Shown in pieces: positions 25,890 through 36,055 of a DNA stretch of 36,519 nt; the stretch's first letter is position 1, and the number at the start of each line of letters is the position of its first letter. The position numbers and the translations under genes were made by a program. The notes under the pieces are model-generated. The model searched no databases, was not told the DNA's origin, and worked only from the letters and a program-made list of their open reading frames with translations. The stretch is from Tubiluchus corallicola (Eukaryota > Animalia > Priapulida): the NCBI GenBank assembly GCA_030141605.1, contig JAQGDQ010001525.1:1-36519 (forward strand), written 5' to 3'.

Positions 25890-27419
25890 CTGTTGTTGCT
25901 GCTACTGCTGTTGTTGTTGCTACTGCTGCTGTTGTTGTTGTTGCTGCTGCTGCTGCTGCTGTTGTTGTTGTTGCTTGTTGTGGGATGATTTTACTGATTT
26001 GATTACCAGATATGTTAATTGTTTATTTCCGTATTTTGCATAATAAAACTATTTTAAAAACAAAAGTTATTTTTGTTCAGTTTCGTACGAGTTTAAGAAT
26101 ACCGATTTCATAATTGTGTTAAAGGCTGCTGTATATAAGACTAAAGACGATTTGGCTTACGCGTCGCACACGACACCAGAAGGCAGTCTGGGATACATCA
26201 TCGACGAAGATGCGTTATTGGTCCGAACCAATAATGGTTGGAGATACATTGTTGTAAGTTCAACATACATTTCAATTTCTGTTTATTTACTTGGTTTACG
26301 CAAATGTTAAGTGTTTTAGTAAGTGATTATGCATACGGTAATGGCATCCGTAATAACAAGGTGATATATATATATATATGATTGTCATAAGTCATAAGTC
26401 AAAAGTCATTTATTTCACATTACACATTTACAATAGTTTCATGTACAATATCCAGCAAAAGGGCCTACAATGAACGTAATACAAGTAAGAAATACTGCAC
26501 AGGAAAAGCCTCAAACACTGTTCACCTATATAAATATGTAAATGTGTTGTGGGCAATCAAAAAGCAGGGCTTGTTAGATTGTCCCACACAGTGATAGAGA
26601 AAAAAAGTAATGGAAATAATCTGAAAATTTAAAGTGAATTGTGTGATTAAAAAAAACCATTTGTGCTTAAAATGGAATGATGTAATGAATGAAGCTCATA
26701 TATCAGATGATATAAAAGATAGAAAGACTATTATTTGTTAATAGCATGTCAAATTAAGATAACTTGATTAAGCTAACACCACTGTTTTGCAACTACTGTG
26801 AGAATGGATATAGGAATTGTGTAGCAATCATCTGGTAAACCCCGTAAACGATACAAATAGGAAATGCACACAGGGTTTTTGCTTCTTAATATTTATTTGA
26901 CAAATGCATAAAAATGTAATAGGTATTTACTAAAAAAATATGTGAACTGTACAATATTTAAATGTAAAATGGCTGATGACCCGAGGTTCTGATCTAGGCG
27001 TGTGCTGTCATTATAATTGAACTGTCTCTTATAACCAGAATAAGCCAGACATCAAAACATTCGCTATATTAGAAGTTCATTGTAATAGGATCTGGTATAA
27101 CCAGAATTTACGGTGACTGTAATTCGTTATATGTGAAGTCCATTGTAACGGGATCTGGTATAACCAGAATTTACGGTGTCTGTAATTCGTTATATGTGAA
27201 GTCCATTAAAACAGGATCTCGTGTAACGAGACTTTACAGTAATTGTGTAATAAATTTCAGTCTGTTAAAGTTCATTTTAATCAGTTCTAATCAGTTCTAT
27301 GATCGTTTCTGCAGCTTGGACAGTTGCTTCCGATACCAAAGATAACGACAACTACCACGTCACTACCACCGTTGTATATAGGAGCACCAGAGACAAGCAG
27401 CCAACTACAAGGACCGTCT
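7370..27419 (+). CDS. Mp: Multiplexin (collagen XV/XVIII family) gene, partial: 21 exons, incomplete at both ends within the window
   Basis: 21 exons with GT-AG borders and matching phases join into one stop-free frame of 2408 nt. It encodes interrupted Gly-X-Y segments, Ser-Gly sites, then [39 protein letters not shown], resembling the collagen XV/XVIII trimerization domain (PEG.L..V.EE.LYVRV.NG pattern), and a Pro/Thr hinge. The symbol follows Drosophila Mp; vertebrate co-orthologs are COL15A1/COL18A1. Confidence 0.92.
7407..8580. mobile_element. Non-autonomous hAT element: 14 tandem copies of its ~60-bp terminus (7407-8240) plus a transposase dimerization-domain remnant
   Basis: CAGGGGCGTAGCCAG terminus; decayed opposite end gttacgttagtg; minus-strand [32 protein letters not shown] matches the hAT C-terminal ERSFS.LK.IK.YLRSTM...RL..L motif; 8-bp flanks agtacgtg/aatgcatg. 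Confidence 0.85.
9080..9150. repeat. (AAC/AAT)n microsatellite
   Basis: Read directly. Confidence 0.8.
9609..9640 (+). CDS. Mp: Multiplexin 32-nt micro-exon (T)[10 protein letters not shown], phase 1-0
   Basis: Long T-rich tract ending gtttgtag| and donor aag|gtattg; bridges to the phase-0 exon at 10774. Confidence 0.75.
10223..10622 (+). mobile_element. RTE-like LINE 3' remnant with (GAA)n tail
   Basis: Interrupted translation EDLYTRTK...[10 protein letters not shown]...[14 protein letters not shown]...KD and, in another frame, LAADRGGW; typical LINE ORF2 C-terminus; GAA run at 10596-10622. Confidence 0.8.
10774..10918 (+). CDS. Mp: Multiplexin exon [14 protein letters not shown]...[16 protein letters not shown]
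   Basis: tttttag| ... g|gtattg; 145 nt, phase 0-1; first Gly-X-Y triplets. Confidence 0.9.
11204..11574 (+). mobile_element. Tc1/mariner(pogo)-like MITE family B, copy 1
   Basis: TA|CACTCATATCTCGGTTTGC ... GCAAACCAAGATATGAGTG|TA. Confidence 0.82.
12137..12459 (+). mobile_element. MITE family A, copy 4 (left end missing)
   Basis: Interior homology and right TIR aactgtgaaagggcttatt. Confidence 0.82.
12503..12609 (+). CDS. Mp: Multiplexin exon (A)[35 protein letters not shown]
   Basis: tttttcag| ... |gtatgt; 107 nt, phase 1-0. Confidence 0.92.
12755..12805. repeat. (CT)n microsatellite
   Basis: Read directly. Confidence 0.85.
13075..13227 (+). CDS. Mp: Multiplexin exon [23 protein letters not shown]...GRKGAKGDR
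   Basis: gtag| ... |gtagga; 153 nt, phase 0-0. Confidence 0.92.
13325..13857 (+). mobile_element. Kolobok-like (TTAA) non-autonomous element family C, copy 1
   Basis: TTAA|aggaaagcatgacgattg ... caattgtctagttttcct|TTAG; full-length homolog at 27624-28157. Confidence 0.75.
14085..14201 (+). CDS. Mp: Multiplexin exon [14 protein letters not shown]...[16 protein letters not shown]
   Basis: ttttag| ... |gtatct; 117 nt. Confidence 0.9.
14302..14794 (-). mobile_element. Tc1/mariner-like MITE family B, copy 2
   Basis: ctcggtttgccggac ... ggcaaaccgagatatgagtg|TA; ends are reverse-complement homologs of 11204-11574. Confidence 0.78.
14865..14999 (+). CDS. Mp: Multiplexin exon [14 protein letters not shown]...[20 protein letters not shown]
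   Basis: tttcag| ... |gtaagt; 135 nt. Confidence 0.92.
15106..16023 (+). mobile_element. L2/CR1-type LINE 3' remnant: 41-bp array (15106-15494), ORF2 tail, 3' UTR and (ATC/ATT/GTC)n tail (15820-16023)
   Basis: The array unit reads [12 protein letters not shown] and the last unit runs into [12 protein letters not shown]...[11 protein letters not shown], the GDR.F..AGP.LWN.LP...FK..LKT.LF L2 tail motif. Confidence 0.8.
16170..16232 (+). CDS. Mp: Multiplexin exon [21 protein letters not shown]
   Basis: ttttacag| ... |gtatgc; 63 nt. Confidence 0.9.
16457..16765 (+). mobile_element. MITE family A, copy 5 (internal deletion)
   Basis: aataagtctttccacagtt ... aactgtgaaaagacttatt. Confidence 0.88.
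16883..16999 (+). CDS. Mp: Multiplexin exon [16 protein letters not shown]...GPGWPRPDI
   Basis: ttttag| ... |gtaagt; 117 nt. Confidence 0.92.
17168..17269 (+). CDS. Mp: Multiplexin exon [12 protein letters not shown]...[12 protein letters not shown]
   Basis: aaatag| ... |gtaatt; 102 nt. Confidence 0.9.
17329..18380. mobile_element. hAT-type MITE containing a 49-bp minisatellite (about 17517-18285, about 16 copies)
   Basis: cataggcagatccag ... ctggatctgcccctg inverted termini; unit CTCCCTCGAGGAAGCTGAGTGTGAAGCTGACTGTCCATTTGCTCCCCGC; no clear TSD. Confidence 0.75.
18745..18843 (+). CDS. Mp: Multiplexin exon [10 protein letters not shown]...GPVGPK
   Basis: tttcag| ... |gtgaca; 99 nt of pure Gly-X-Y. 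Confidence 0.92.
19388..19537 (+). CDS. Mp: Multiplexin exon [12 protein letters not shown]...[18 protein letters not shown]
   Basis: ttttacag| ... |gtaggt; 150 nt. Confidence 0.92.
19625..19798 (+). CDS. Mp: Multiplexin exon [17 protein letters not shown]...GYDGINGIP
   Basis: tttacag| ... |gtgagt; 174 nt. Confidence 0.93.
20678..20779 (+). CDS. Mp: Multiplexin exon [10 protein letters not shown]...[12 protein letters not shown]
   Basis: tttatag| ... |gtaata; 102 nt. Confidence 0.92.
21310..21745. mobile_element. hAT(Ac)-like MITE
   Basis: TAGAGCTGAGA...TCTCAGCCCTA termini, subterminal GGTTAAC repeats, 8-bp flanks ttagctac/tcagctag (6/8 identical). Confidence 0.75.
21766..21950. repeat. 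Minisatellite, 19-bp unit GGGCTGACATTG(G/C)CCCACA, about 10 copies
   Basis: Read directly. Confidence 0.95.
22015..22158 (+). CDS. Mp: Multiplexin exon [28 protein letters not shown]...GHP
   Basis: gtttag| ... |gtgagt; 144 nt. Confidence 0.93.
22473..22510. repeat. (TA)n microsatellite
   Basis: Read directly. Confidence 0.9.
22797..22908 (+). CDS. Mp: Multiplexin exon [10 protein letters not shown]...GQVISTDD
   Basis: ttttcag| ... g|gtaatc; 112 nt, phase 0-1. Confidence 0.92.
23662..23858 (+). CDS. Mp: Multiplexin exon (A)[13 protein letters not shown]...GPKGEKGPP
   Basis: cttaacag| ... |gtatgt; 197 nt, phase 1-0. Confidence 0.92.
23904..24511. repeat. Minisatellite, 25-bp unit TGTACTTAACATTGCCATGATTTCA, about 24 copies
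   Basis: Read directly; 25-bp period (23904, 23929, ...). Confidence 0.95.
24694..24802 (+). CDS. Mp: Multiplexin exon [36 protein letters not shown]
   Basis: ttttcag| ... g|gtgtga; 109 nt, phase 0-1. Confidence 0.9.
25385..25476. repeat. (CT)n microsatellite
   Basis: Read directly. Confidence 0.95.
25561..25646 (+). CDS. Mp: Multiplexin exon (G)[28 protein letters not shown], last collagenous segment
   Basis: gtttcag| ... |gtgagt; 86 nt, phase 1-0. Confidence 0.92.
25686..25982. repeat. (TTG/CTG)n trinucleotide microsatellite
   Basis: Read directly; explains the poly-C and poly-L ORFs. Confidence 0.95.
26125..26253 (+). CDS. Mp: Multiplexin NC1 trimerization-domain exon [43 protein letters not shown]
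   Basis: aaag| (weak AAG acceptor) ... |gtaagt; 129 nt; collagen XV/XVIII trimerization motif. Confidence 0.9.
26383..27040 (-). mobile_element. Possible decayed CR1/L2-type LINE 3' end
   Basis: Minus strand ends in aataaat followed by a short (gacttat)n tail; only weak peptide similarity upstream. Confidence 0.3.
27061..27250. repeat. 63-bp unit, 3 copies
   Basis: Units start at 27061, 27124 and 27187. Confidence 0.85.
27315..27419 (+). CDS. Mp: Multiplexin hinge exon [35 protein letters not shown]
   Basis: ttctgcag| ... |gtaagt; 105 nt; normally precedes the endostatin domain. Confidence 0.85.
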
Positions 27420-27623
27420 GTAAGTAGATTCGGTAGATTAGAAAATTTAGCAATTTTTTCTCACGGGTATCTATGGTATCATTCTGTTGTTTGTGCTGCG
27501 CCGAAATTCTGCTCTGCTAACTTTCTGTTTTTTTTGAGTGCCGTGTGGTTGTTTCCTAACAATTCATATTGTTCGGTGTCGTGTAAGGTGTTGTTAAGTT
27601 AGTTGTTACAGCCAATTGGTTAA

Positions 27624-28157
27624 AAGAAAACTGGATGATTGAGCAGACATTAGTTCAAAATAAAGTATGCTGTAAGATATTGAAAATTACAACAGCTTTT
27701 TAGATTAAATAATAATTACCTTGGATAGTTAAATTTCGTTGAACTTTCAAAGCTATATTCAGCTCTGCGAATCCACCATGACTCACAATGGCGTGTTTTT
27801 GTCACCCTCGCGTGGCCGAAAAATAGGCACTGTACAGTGATAAGCATGATCATGAACTGGAGTATTCGTCTGTGATGTCAGTGTGAGGTACAGCTCATTT
27901 TCATGATGTGACATCAGCATCTTACAACAATCTTTGCTTACGCAAACGTGCTTGACGCGCAGGGAAGATGCCCACCATTGCACAACTGTGGTTAGTTTGT
28001 GACGTACGTGATAGCTGTGTTCGGTTGCCGTTAATTAACTTTCCAAGGTAATTATTCAAATATTAGAAACGTTTTCTGACTTTTGAAGGCAAAAAATGTA
28101 TATTTTGCACAATATGTTAAAATGAGATTGAATCTAATCAATCGTCCCATTTTTTCT
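27624..28157 (+). mobile_element. Kolobok-like family C, copy 2
   Basis: TTAA|aagaaaactggatgattg ... caatcgtcccattttttct|TCAA; colinear with 13325-13857. Confidence 0.75.
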
Positions 28158-29368
28158 TCAAGTTTTGATGTGAGCTGATACAAATGTAAATGCACTTACA
28201 ATTTGGAATTACAATGTGTTCTACTATTAATCCGAGAATCCTAATTAGTACTGTGATCTACGCATGAGATTTATAGTTAGAATATCTCAAACTCATATGA
28301 GTTGATCTAATAATCTTAATGTTAATTAAAATGAGTTTTTCTTAATTATAATCTCGTTTTTGCTCTTCCACACTAACAATCAATAATCAGCACGTTATAC
28401 ATGTCTATCTGTCTATCTGTCTCTTGCACTTAAAAGTGGGCACAGACTGCAATTAGCGATGAGAACGAACTTGTTCCGCACGATACTTTTTCTGAGAATG
28501 AAATATCGCACGACGGTTTACCGGATAGCGTAAGTAAACGCAACGTTCGTCTTCAGCTTTTGATTTTCTGCTTTTTACGGGCTTCCTAGCTTGTAGAATG
28601 CACGGCACGTGGTTGTGTTGCAAGCTTAGAAACTCGATGTTATGATATTTGTATCTCTTTCCGTTTTTTTATATTAATATTTTTTTATATTTGTGAGCTT
28701 GCAAACCAAAAACGTCCATGAGTCGGCATGGCTGAAACTTCGTTATGATGCTTCAAAGTAGAATGCACCAAAAATTGGGTCAAATGTCAATTTTTTGTTT
28801 TTTTTTAAAAACATATTGGACTTTTTTTGTATTCTAGCATCAAATCATCAAGAAAATGTTCAAAGAATACTAAAAATTTGATTTTATAACACCGTATTCA
28901 CTTTTCTGGCTAGAAACTAACACTGCAATTGTAGACAACTTTTATTTTCAAACTCTGATAGTAGCTTCTGGAAGCTGTGATTTTGCTTCGGGTTTTTTCT
29001 GTTACCAAGCCCAGATTTTCGTGAGAAAGAGCCATCTACTGGATTTAAACGTAACTTCAATTTGCCCTTGCTAAGTCCATAGCAACCAACATTCATACGG
29101 TTGCTAAGTGTTTTGTAGAACTTAGAAACAATGACTAACTTTAAGAGTGATTTTCTCAAGATTATGTTTTTCAGTGTACAGCCTGCACCTCAGCTTCAAT
29201 GTGGATTATCTCAGCTTAGAATTAACATAAAGTGATGAGCTTAGTGTCAAAATGATCCTCACGAAATAGAGATTTATTATATGTGGAAAACTAGAAAAGC
29301 TTACTGTTCGGCTTATGGACGATTTTGTTATACAAGCACACATATATTAAACTTTTATGCACGATAAT

Positions 29369-30283
29369 CAAGGACATCGCTAGGCTAGGTGTCACCCATG
29401 GTATCGCTGGGGTTGGTGTCACCCAGGGTGTTGCGAGGGTTGGTGTCACCCATGGGATCACGACGGTTGGTGTCACCTGGGCTTCGCTGGGTTGATTTTC
29501 ACCCGGGACGTTGCTAGGTTGGTGTCACCCGTGCATTGGAGCTCATATACTGTATCATACAAAATCCTTTACTAGTATCGTAACTAGAGCACTTGCTACA
29601 TGGTGATTAGGAGAAACATCATCTAGGCAACATCATTTTGTTTTCCATCCTACTGAGTTAAAGTGTTAACAACATGTTAGTACATTGATAATGTTTATTT
29701 TAAAATGAGACTTTTAATATTTTAAATTTCATAATTTTTTCTAGGAGGTATTTACACAATGAAGTAAAACTTTTAATCACATGAAAATACACGACTTAGC
29801 TGAAATATCATAAGAAACTGGCATTAAAACACAAACAATTCTGTGTTTACTAATTATATGTCAACAACCAGAACTTTCCTGTCCTGGAGTTCACTACTGC
29901 AAACTTGTCAATAAAATCAACTGCCAAGTCACTTTCAACTGGTGAAACCACAAGAGCAAATAGCCTTGACTGCCTCATTGTGAATCGCAAGACGTTTTTG
30001 ATTAGTTTAAGCTTTGAAAAGCTTCTTTCACATGACGTCACAGAAACACAGATCACGAGAAATCATTTTATGTCACATGCCAGAGTAGGTTTGGTAAAAG
30101 TACAGGTATATGTAGCAAGGTGCAAGCAGAGAGGTAGATAGGAATTCTAGGCTGGAAATTCGTCACATTATTTAGCCTTCCCCCTCCAAAAAATATAATT
30201 ACATTTATGGTCTCACCCGCAGGATGGTGTCACCCAGTGCGGCCCACACCCCCGCGCACCCCCCCCCCCTAGCGATGCCACCG
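29369..30283 (-). mobile_element. Non-autonomous hAT element with a dimerization-domain remnant and a ~27-bp terminal array
   Basis: caaggacatcgctagg ... cctagcgatgccaccg termini; SCERSFSKLKLIKNVLRFTMRQSRL motif. Confidence 0.82.
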
Positions 30284-30650
30284 ACTGTATATGATTGCAA
30301 CATACTGCAGCTATGTTAGGTTTGCATCGTACAGTTTTTGAAATTTTGATGAAACAAAATGCAATTGAATAGAAAGTCCAATTCTGTTGCCAGAAAAAAG
30401 ACCAAAGAAAAAATTGTTAATTCATTTCTGGTAACAGACAGACAGACAGACAGCCTGAAATTTTAATGGTTTTATCACTTTCATCGTTCTTTTCATATAA
30501 GTTTACCTGTTTGCCGAAATTATTACATTAGAAAAGTATGAAAAAAACTGGGAACATTTCCGACGTACTTGTGCCTTAATAGTGACAAATGCCATTGTAC
30601 TTTATGATTGTACATATAGTACTTTGCATGTTCCAAATAGGATGGTTGTC

Positions 30651-31039
30651 AGTAAGCCTTTTCACAGTTTCGCTATGCGCAGCTGCTGTAGGTCAAAGGT
30701 TAAGCGTACCACAGCAATGCGTCTTAACTACAACTGTCACGTGACATGTGGGTAAAGCGAAGCCGTCTGCTGCGTCAATTCAGTAACTTCGGTTGTTTTA
30801 TGTGGAGTTTACGTAATTATGCATTAATCTGTGCATAGAGTGATTTACTAGCGGGATATTGCTTGGGCACAAGAAAAAATGAACTAGGCAAGGTTCTAGC
30901 TAACTGTTAAAACTGCTACTATTACAACAACATGGGCTGTGAGGCGTTGTCAAGTGTACACAAATGTGTTGTCTAGTATGCTTAACCTTTGACCTTTTCA
31001 TGATCATCATCAATTGTTAGAACCATGAAAAGGCTTATT
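30651..31039 (+). mobile_element. MITE family A, copy 6 (left arm)
   Basis: agtaagccttttcacagtt ... atgaaaaggcttatt. Confidence 0.88.
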
Positions 31040-32699
31040 AAGGAATTTTAAAGTATTGTTACGTAATTAACGCAATTGTTCGAATAAAAAATTATCTGAA
31101 TAAAAAAGTGAATGAATAATAAATAATTTCACAAGGTCAGAATGTCGTATAAATGCAATAACAGAGTCAGTTTATCTGTATCTGTTAACCGTGGTGACCG
31201 GTAGTAAAGTTACCTTGAAATAATCACCGGAAAAAGTCTAATTTTGGCTATGGTGAGGATTAGGATTAGGGTTAGGGGTTAGAGTCAGGGTTAGGATTAT
31301 TTCTTTTTTCCTGCGAGTTTTTCTGTGTGACTTTTTCCCGTGACTTTTTTATGTGTATCTTTTTTACCTGGATTCGTTCACATATGTGTGTCAGTGTTTA
31401 TCTTTATACAAGTTGGTACTTGCCACTGGCTTGTTAAGACTTGTTCAAGCATGTCAGATGGTAACGGTTGCGATTATAACACAATACGGCAACATTGCAG
31501 TGTGGTAATTGCTCCGTTGCCATAAGAAATGTGCCCAGCGCTTTAAGATACAGAACATTCACAGGTCAAATGATTTAGTATCAAACTGTAGAGACTGTAC
31601 TACATTGTCAACACGACTGAATGGTGATTGTCATGATTTTCTTATATCTGTACTAATGTCATCATGTTTGTGTGAACAAGCTTTACAAGTTCATTACGGT
31701 GCGTTCACATGCTTTTACAACATTTTTTTAGCAGCTCGGCGCTTTTTTGCAATAAGTTTTAGACATTATGCAAATGTGTCAATTCATGCAATAATCCACA
31801 TAAATAAAAACACAGTGTTCAAAAATGATAAAAATCAACATTTTGAGAAGCAGATAAGACAAATACAAATTGTAAACTTACATACTGTGTGATACAAAGC
31901 CAAAAAAACAGAACAGAATAAAGTTATGTTACTCCTAACTAATGCCTGTGGGTGGTAATCAGGGAAACCTTTGCACCAAATATCAGCAACACTGCAAACG
32001 TGCAGCTACAAAGATCAGTTCAATATAATTCCAAAGTCAGACAAGAACGTTGATCAGTAAGCTCTAAGAGTAAAGTTAAGTGTGTAAAAGAAGGATTTTT
32101 TTGTACATTTCACCACACTGGAAGCCGAAATTGAGTATTCAATGTACTACAATGTTGCCTTGTTCAATGTTTGCGGCAAAACCGAAGCCTAACTCATTAT
32201 CATCGCTACCCCCCACCATAAATGAGCCACTGAACCAGCATAAGTGTCTCAGCCACATTTGCACGTATTCTCCCCTTGCAAGGTAAACAGCCAGAATCAG
32301 TACGGCTAATAAAACCACCCAGAGAGAGTATTGAAACCGGGTTATCATGAGCGATTCAAGCATAGAACAGGTGCATACTCAGTTAGCAATGGACTTTGAA
32401 AGATAGTTGCTTTGAAAGATAAATATGAGCAGCTACTGATTTATATTAAAAACACGATAAGAGCAACAAAAAACAGCTATTTTTGACAAATAATTATAGT
32501 AATACTGTATTGGTAACATATTAAACACATCTATTGAAATTTATATAGTTTCAGAAAAGAATCTTGAATGCCAACAAATGAGTTATTAAAATTATAAGCG
32601 CTACATTAGTTTCAATAGAGAGTTCAGGTCTCAAAAGCTTAAGCGGAAATCTGCTTTGGTAAATGTAGCATTTCTTACATGAAACCAAAGCAAGTATAC

Positions 32700-33391
32700 G
32701 TAAATCAGTTTGTGCAATCACAATATATTGACATTGACACATAAATCAGCTTGTGTGAACATGATAAATTGACACTGTCACGTAAATCAGCTTGTGTGAC
32801 CACAATAAATTGACATTGTCACATAAATCAGCTTCTGTGATCACAACAAATTGACATTGACATGCAAATCAGCTTCTGTGATCACAATGAATTGACATTG
32901 TTACGTAAATCAGCTTCTGTGGTCAGAATAAATTGACAACGTTAGAATAAAGCAGCTTCTGTGATCACAATAAATTGACATTGTTATGTAAATCAGCTTC
33001 TGTGATCACAATAAATTGACATTGTGAAAATAAATCTGCTTCTGTGATCACAATAAATTGTCAATGTCATGTAAATCAGCTTCTGTGATCACAATAAATT
33101 GATATTGTTATGTAAATAAGCTTCTGTGATCACAATAAATTGACATTGTTACGTAAATCAGCTTCAGTGATTACAATAAACTGACATTGTTACGCATATC
33201 AGCTACTGTGATCACAATAAATTGACATTGTTATGTAAATAAGCTACTGTGAACATAATAAATTGACACTGTCACGTAAATCAGCTTCTGTGATCACAAT
33301 AAATTGATACTGTCATGTAAATCAGCTTCTGTGATCACAAGAAACTGACATTGTTACAAAACCAGCTTCTGTGACCAAAATAAATTGACAT
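32700..33391. repeat. Minisatellite, 41-bp unit GTAAATCAGCTTCTGTGATCACAATAAATTGACATTGTTAC, about 17 copies, in the spacer
   Basis: Read directly; 41-bp period. Confidence 0.95.
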
Positions 33392-34392
33392 GATAATTAA
33401 AATCCATGTAGCAGAAAAAATTTAGGACTAGTAAAGATATAAATCAGACATACGTGATTGCTTACAACATGCACTTACATGAACAAAGTTGTATCGAATG
33501 TTTAAAAAAGTACGAGCATAGTTGTAGAATTCAAAAATATCAGAAGTAAACCACATTAACATTTGTAAATTTAATAAAGCTAATGCCGACTGGCAATACA
33601 GTCTCGCTAAAAATCCAAAACTTATGATAAAGAAACTTGGGATGCAGAAATGACACATTTGCATAATGTCTAAAACTTATTGCAAAAAAGCGCCGAGCTG
33701 CTAAAAAAATGTTGTAAAAGCATGTGAACGCACCGTAATGAACTTGTAAAGCTTGTTCACACAAACATGATGACATTAGTACAGATATAAGAAAATCATG
33801 ACAATCACCATTCAGTCGTGTTGACAATGTAGTACAGTCTCTACAGTTTGATACTAAATCATTTGACCTGTGAATGTTCTGTATCTTAAAGCGCTGGGCA
33901 CATTTCTTATGGCAACGGAGCAATTACCACACTGCAATGTTGCCGTATTGTGTTATAATCGCAACCGTTACCATCTGACATGCTTGAACAAGTCTTAACA
34001 AGCCAGTGGCAAGTACCAACTTGTATAAAGATAAACACTGACACACATATGTGAACGAATCCAGGTAAAAAAGATACACATAAAAAAGTCACGGGAAAAA
34101 GTCACACAGAAAAACTCGCAGGAAAAAAGAAATAATCCTAACCCTGACTCTAACCCCTAACCCTAATCCTAATGCTCACCATAGCCAAAATTAGACTTTT
34201 TCCGGTGATTATTTCAAGGTAACTTTACTACCGGTCACCACGGTGAACAGATACAGATAAACTGACTCTGTTATTGCATTTATACGACATTCTGACCTTG
34301 TGAAATTATTTATTATTCATTCACTTTTTTATTCAGATAATTTTTTATTCGAACAATTGCGTTAATTACGTAACAATACTTTAAAATTCCTT

Positions 34393-34757
34393 AATAAGCC
34401 TTTTCATGGTTCTCACAATTGATGATGATCATGAAAAGGTCAAAGGTTAAGCATACTAGACAACACATTTGTGTACACTTCACAACGCCCTCTCAGTTTT
34501 AAAACTAATTAGAATCTTACCTAGTTCATTTTTTCTTGTGCCCAAGCAATATCCCGCTAGTAAATCACTCTATGCACAGATTAATGCATAATTAAGTAAA
34601 CTCCACATAAAACAACCGAAGTTACTGAATTGACGCAGCAGACGGCTTCGCTTTACCCACATGTCACGTGACAGTTGTAGTTAAGACGCGTTGCTGTGGT
34701 ACGCTTAACCTTTGACCTACAGCAGCTGCGCATAGCGAAACTGTGAAAAGGCTTACT
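34393..34757 (-). mobile_element. MITE family A, copy 7 (right-arm mirror, about 25 bp shorter)
   Basis: Mirror of 30651-31039. Confidence 0.88.
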
Positions 34758-35124
34758 GACAACCATCCTATTTGGAACATGCAAAGTACTATATGTACAA
34801 TCATAAAGTACAATGGCATTTGTCACTATTAAGGCACAAGTACGTCGGAAATGTTCCCAGTTTTTTTCATACTTTTCTAATGTAATAATTTCGGCAAACA
34901 GGTAAACTTATATGAAAAGAACGATGAAAGTGATAAAACCATTAAAATTTCAGGCTGTCTGTCTGTCTGTCTGTTACCAGAAATGAATTAACAATTTTTT
35001 CTTTGGTCTTTTTTCTGGCAACAGAATTGGACTTTCTATTCAATTGCATTTTGTTTCATCAAAATTTCAAAAACTGTACGATGCAAACCTAACATAGCTG
35101 CAGTATGTTGCAATCATATACAGT

Positions 35125-36055
35125 CGGTGGCATCGCTAGGGGGGGGGGGGGTGCGCGGGGGTGTGGGCCGCACTGGGTGACACCATCCTGCGGGTGAGAC
35201 CATAAATGTAATTATATTTTTTGGAGGGGGAAGGCTAAATAATGTGACGAATTTCCAGCCTAGAATTCCTATCTACCTCTCTGCTTCCACCTTGCTACAT
35301 ATACCTGTACTTTTACCAAACCTACTCTGGCATGTGACATAAAATGATTTCTCGTGATCTGTGTTTCTGTGACGTCATGTGAAAGAAGCTTTTCAAAGCT
35401 TAAACTAATCAAAAATTTCTTGCGATTCACAATGAGGCAGTCAAGGCTATTTGATCTTGTGGTTTTATCAGTTGAAAGTGACTTGGCAGTTGATTTTATT
35501 GACAAGTTTGCAGTAGTGAACTCCAGGAAAGGAAAGTTCTGGTTGTTGACATATAATTAGTAAACACAGAATTGTTTGTGTTGTAATGCCAGTTTCTTAT
35601 GATATTTCGACTAAGTCGTGTATTTTCATGTGATTAAAAGTTTTACTTCATTGTGTAAATATCTCCTAGGAAAAATTATGCAATTAAAAATATTAAAAGT
35701 CTCATTTTAAAATAAACATTATCAATGTACTAACATGTTGTTAACACTTTAACTCAGTAGGATGGAAAACAAAATGATGTTGTCTAGATGATGTTTCTGC
35801 TAATCACCATGTAGCAAGTGCTCTAGTTACGTACATGAGATATTATTAAAGGATTTTGTATGATACAGTATATGAGCACCAATGCACGGGTGACACCAAC
35901 CCTAGCAACGTCCCGGGTGAAATCAACCCAGCGAAGCCCAGGTGACACCAACCGTCGCGATCCCATGGGTGACACCAACCCTGACACCAACCCTTGCCTG
36001 GGTGACACCAACCCCAGCGATACCATGGGTGACACCTAGCCTAGCGATGTCCCTG
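35125..36055 (+). mobile_element. Mirror copy of the hAT element in the right arm
   Basis: cggtggcatcgctagg ... cctagcgatgtccctg; SCERSFSKLKLIKNFLRFTM. Confidence 0.82.

Larger units (their letters stand above)
28882..31781 (+). repeat. Left arm of a long inverted duplication
   Basis: Reverse complement of 33651-36519; mirrored ORF pairs in the track; the outer limit is set by the window end. Confidence 0.97.

Noticed and set aside
25685-26043. Poly-Cys and poly-Leu ORFs
   Set aside because: (TTG/CTG)n microsatellite in an intron
28430-30579. Possible large TTAA-flanked element hosting the hAT insertion
   Set aside because: One plausible end (gtacttgtgcc|TTAA) but no convincing matching terminus found
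31258-31298. TTAGG/TTAGGG words as an interstitial telomere (mirrored at about 34134-34174)
   Set aside because: Only a few degenerate units; such words are common inside invertebrate DNA transposons
31509-31892. Cys-rich 127-aa ORF (RCHKKC) and its mirror at 33540-33923
   Set aside because: Non-ATG start, cysteine spacing fits no C1 or zinc-finger domain I recognise, and duplication is explained by the palindrome; equal lengths look coincidental
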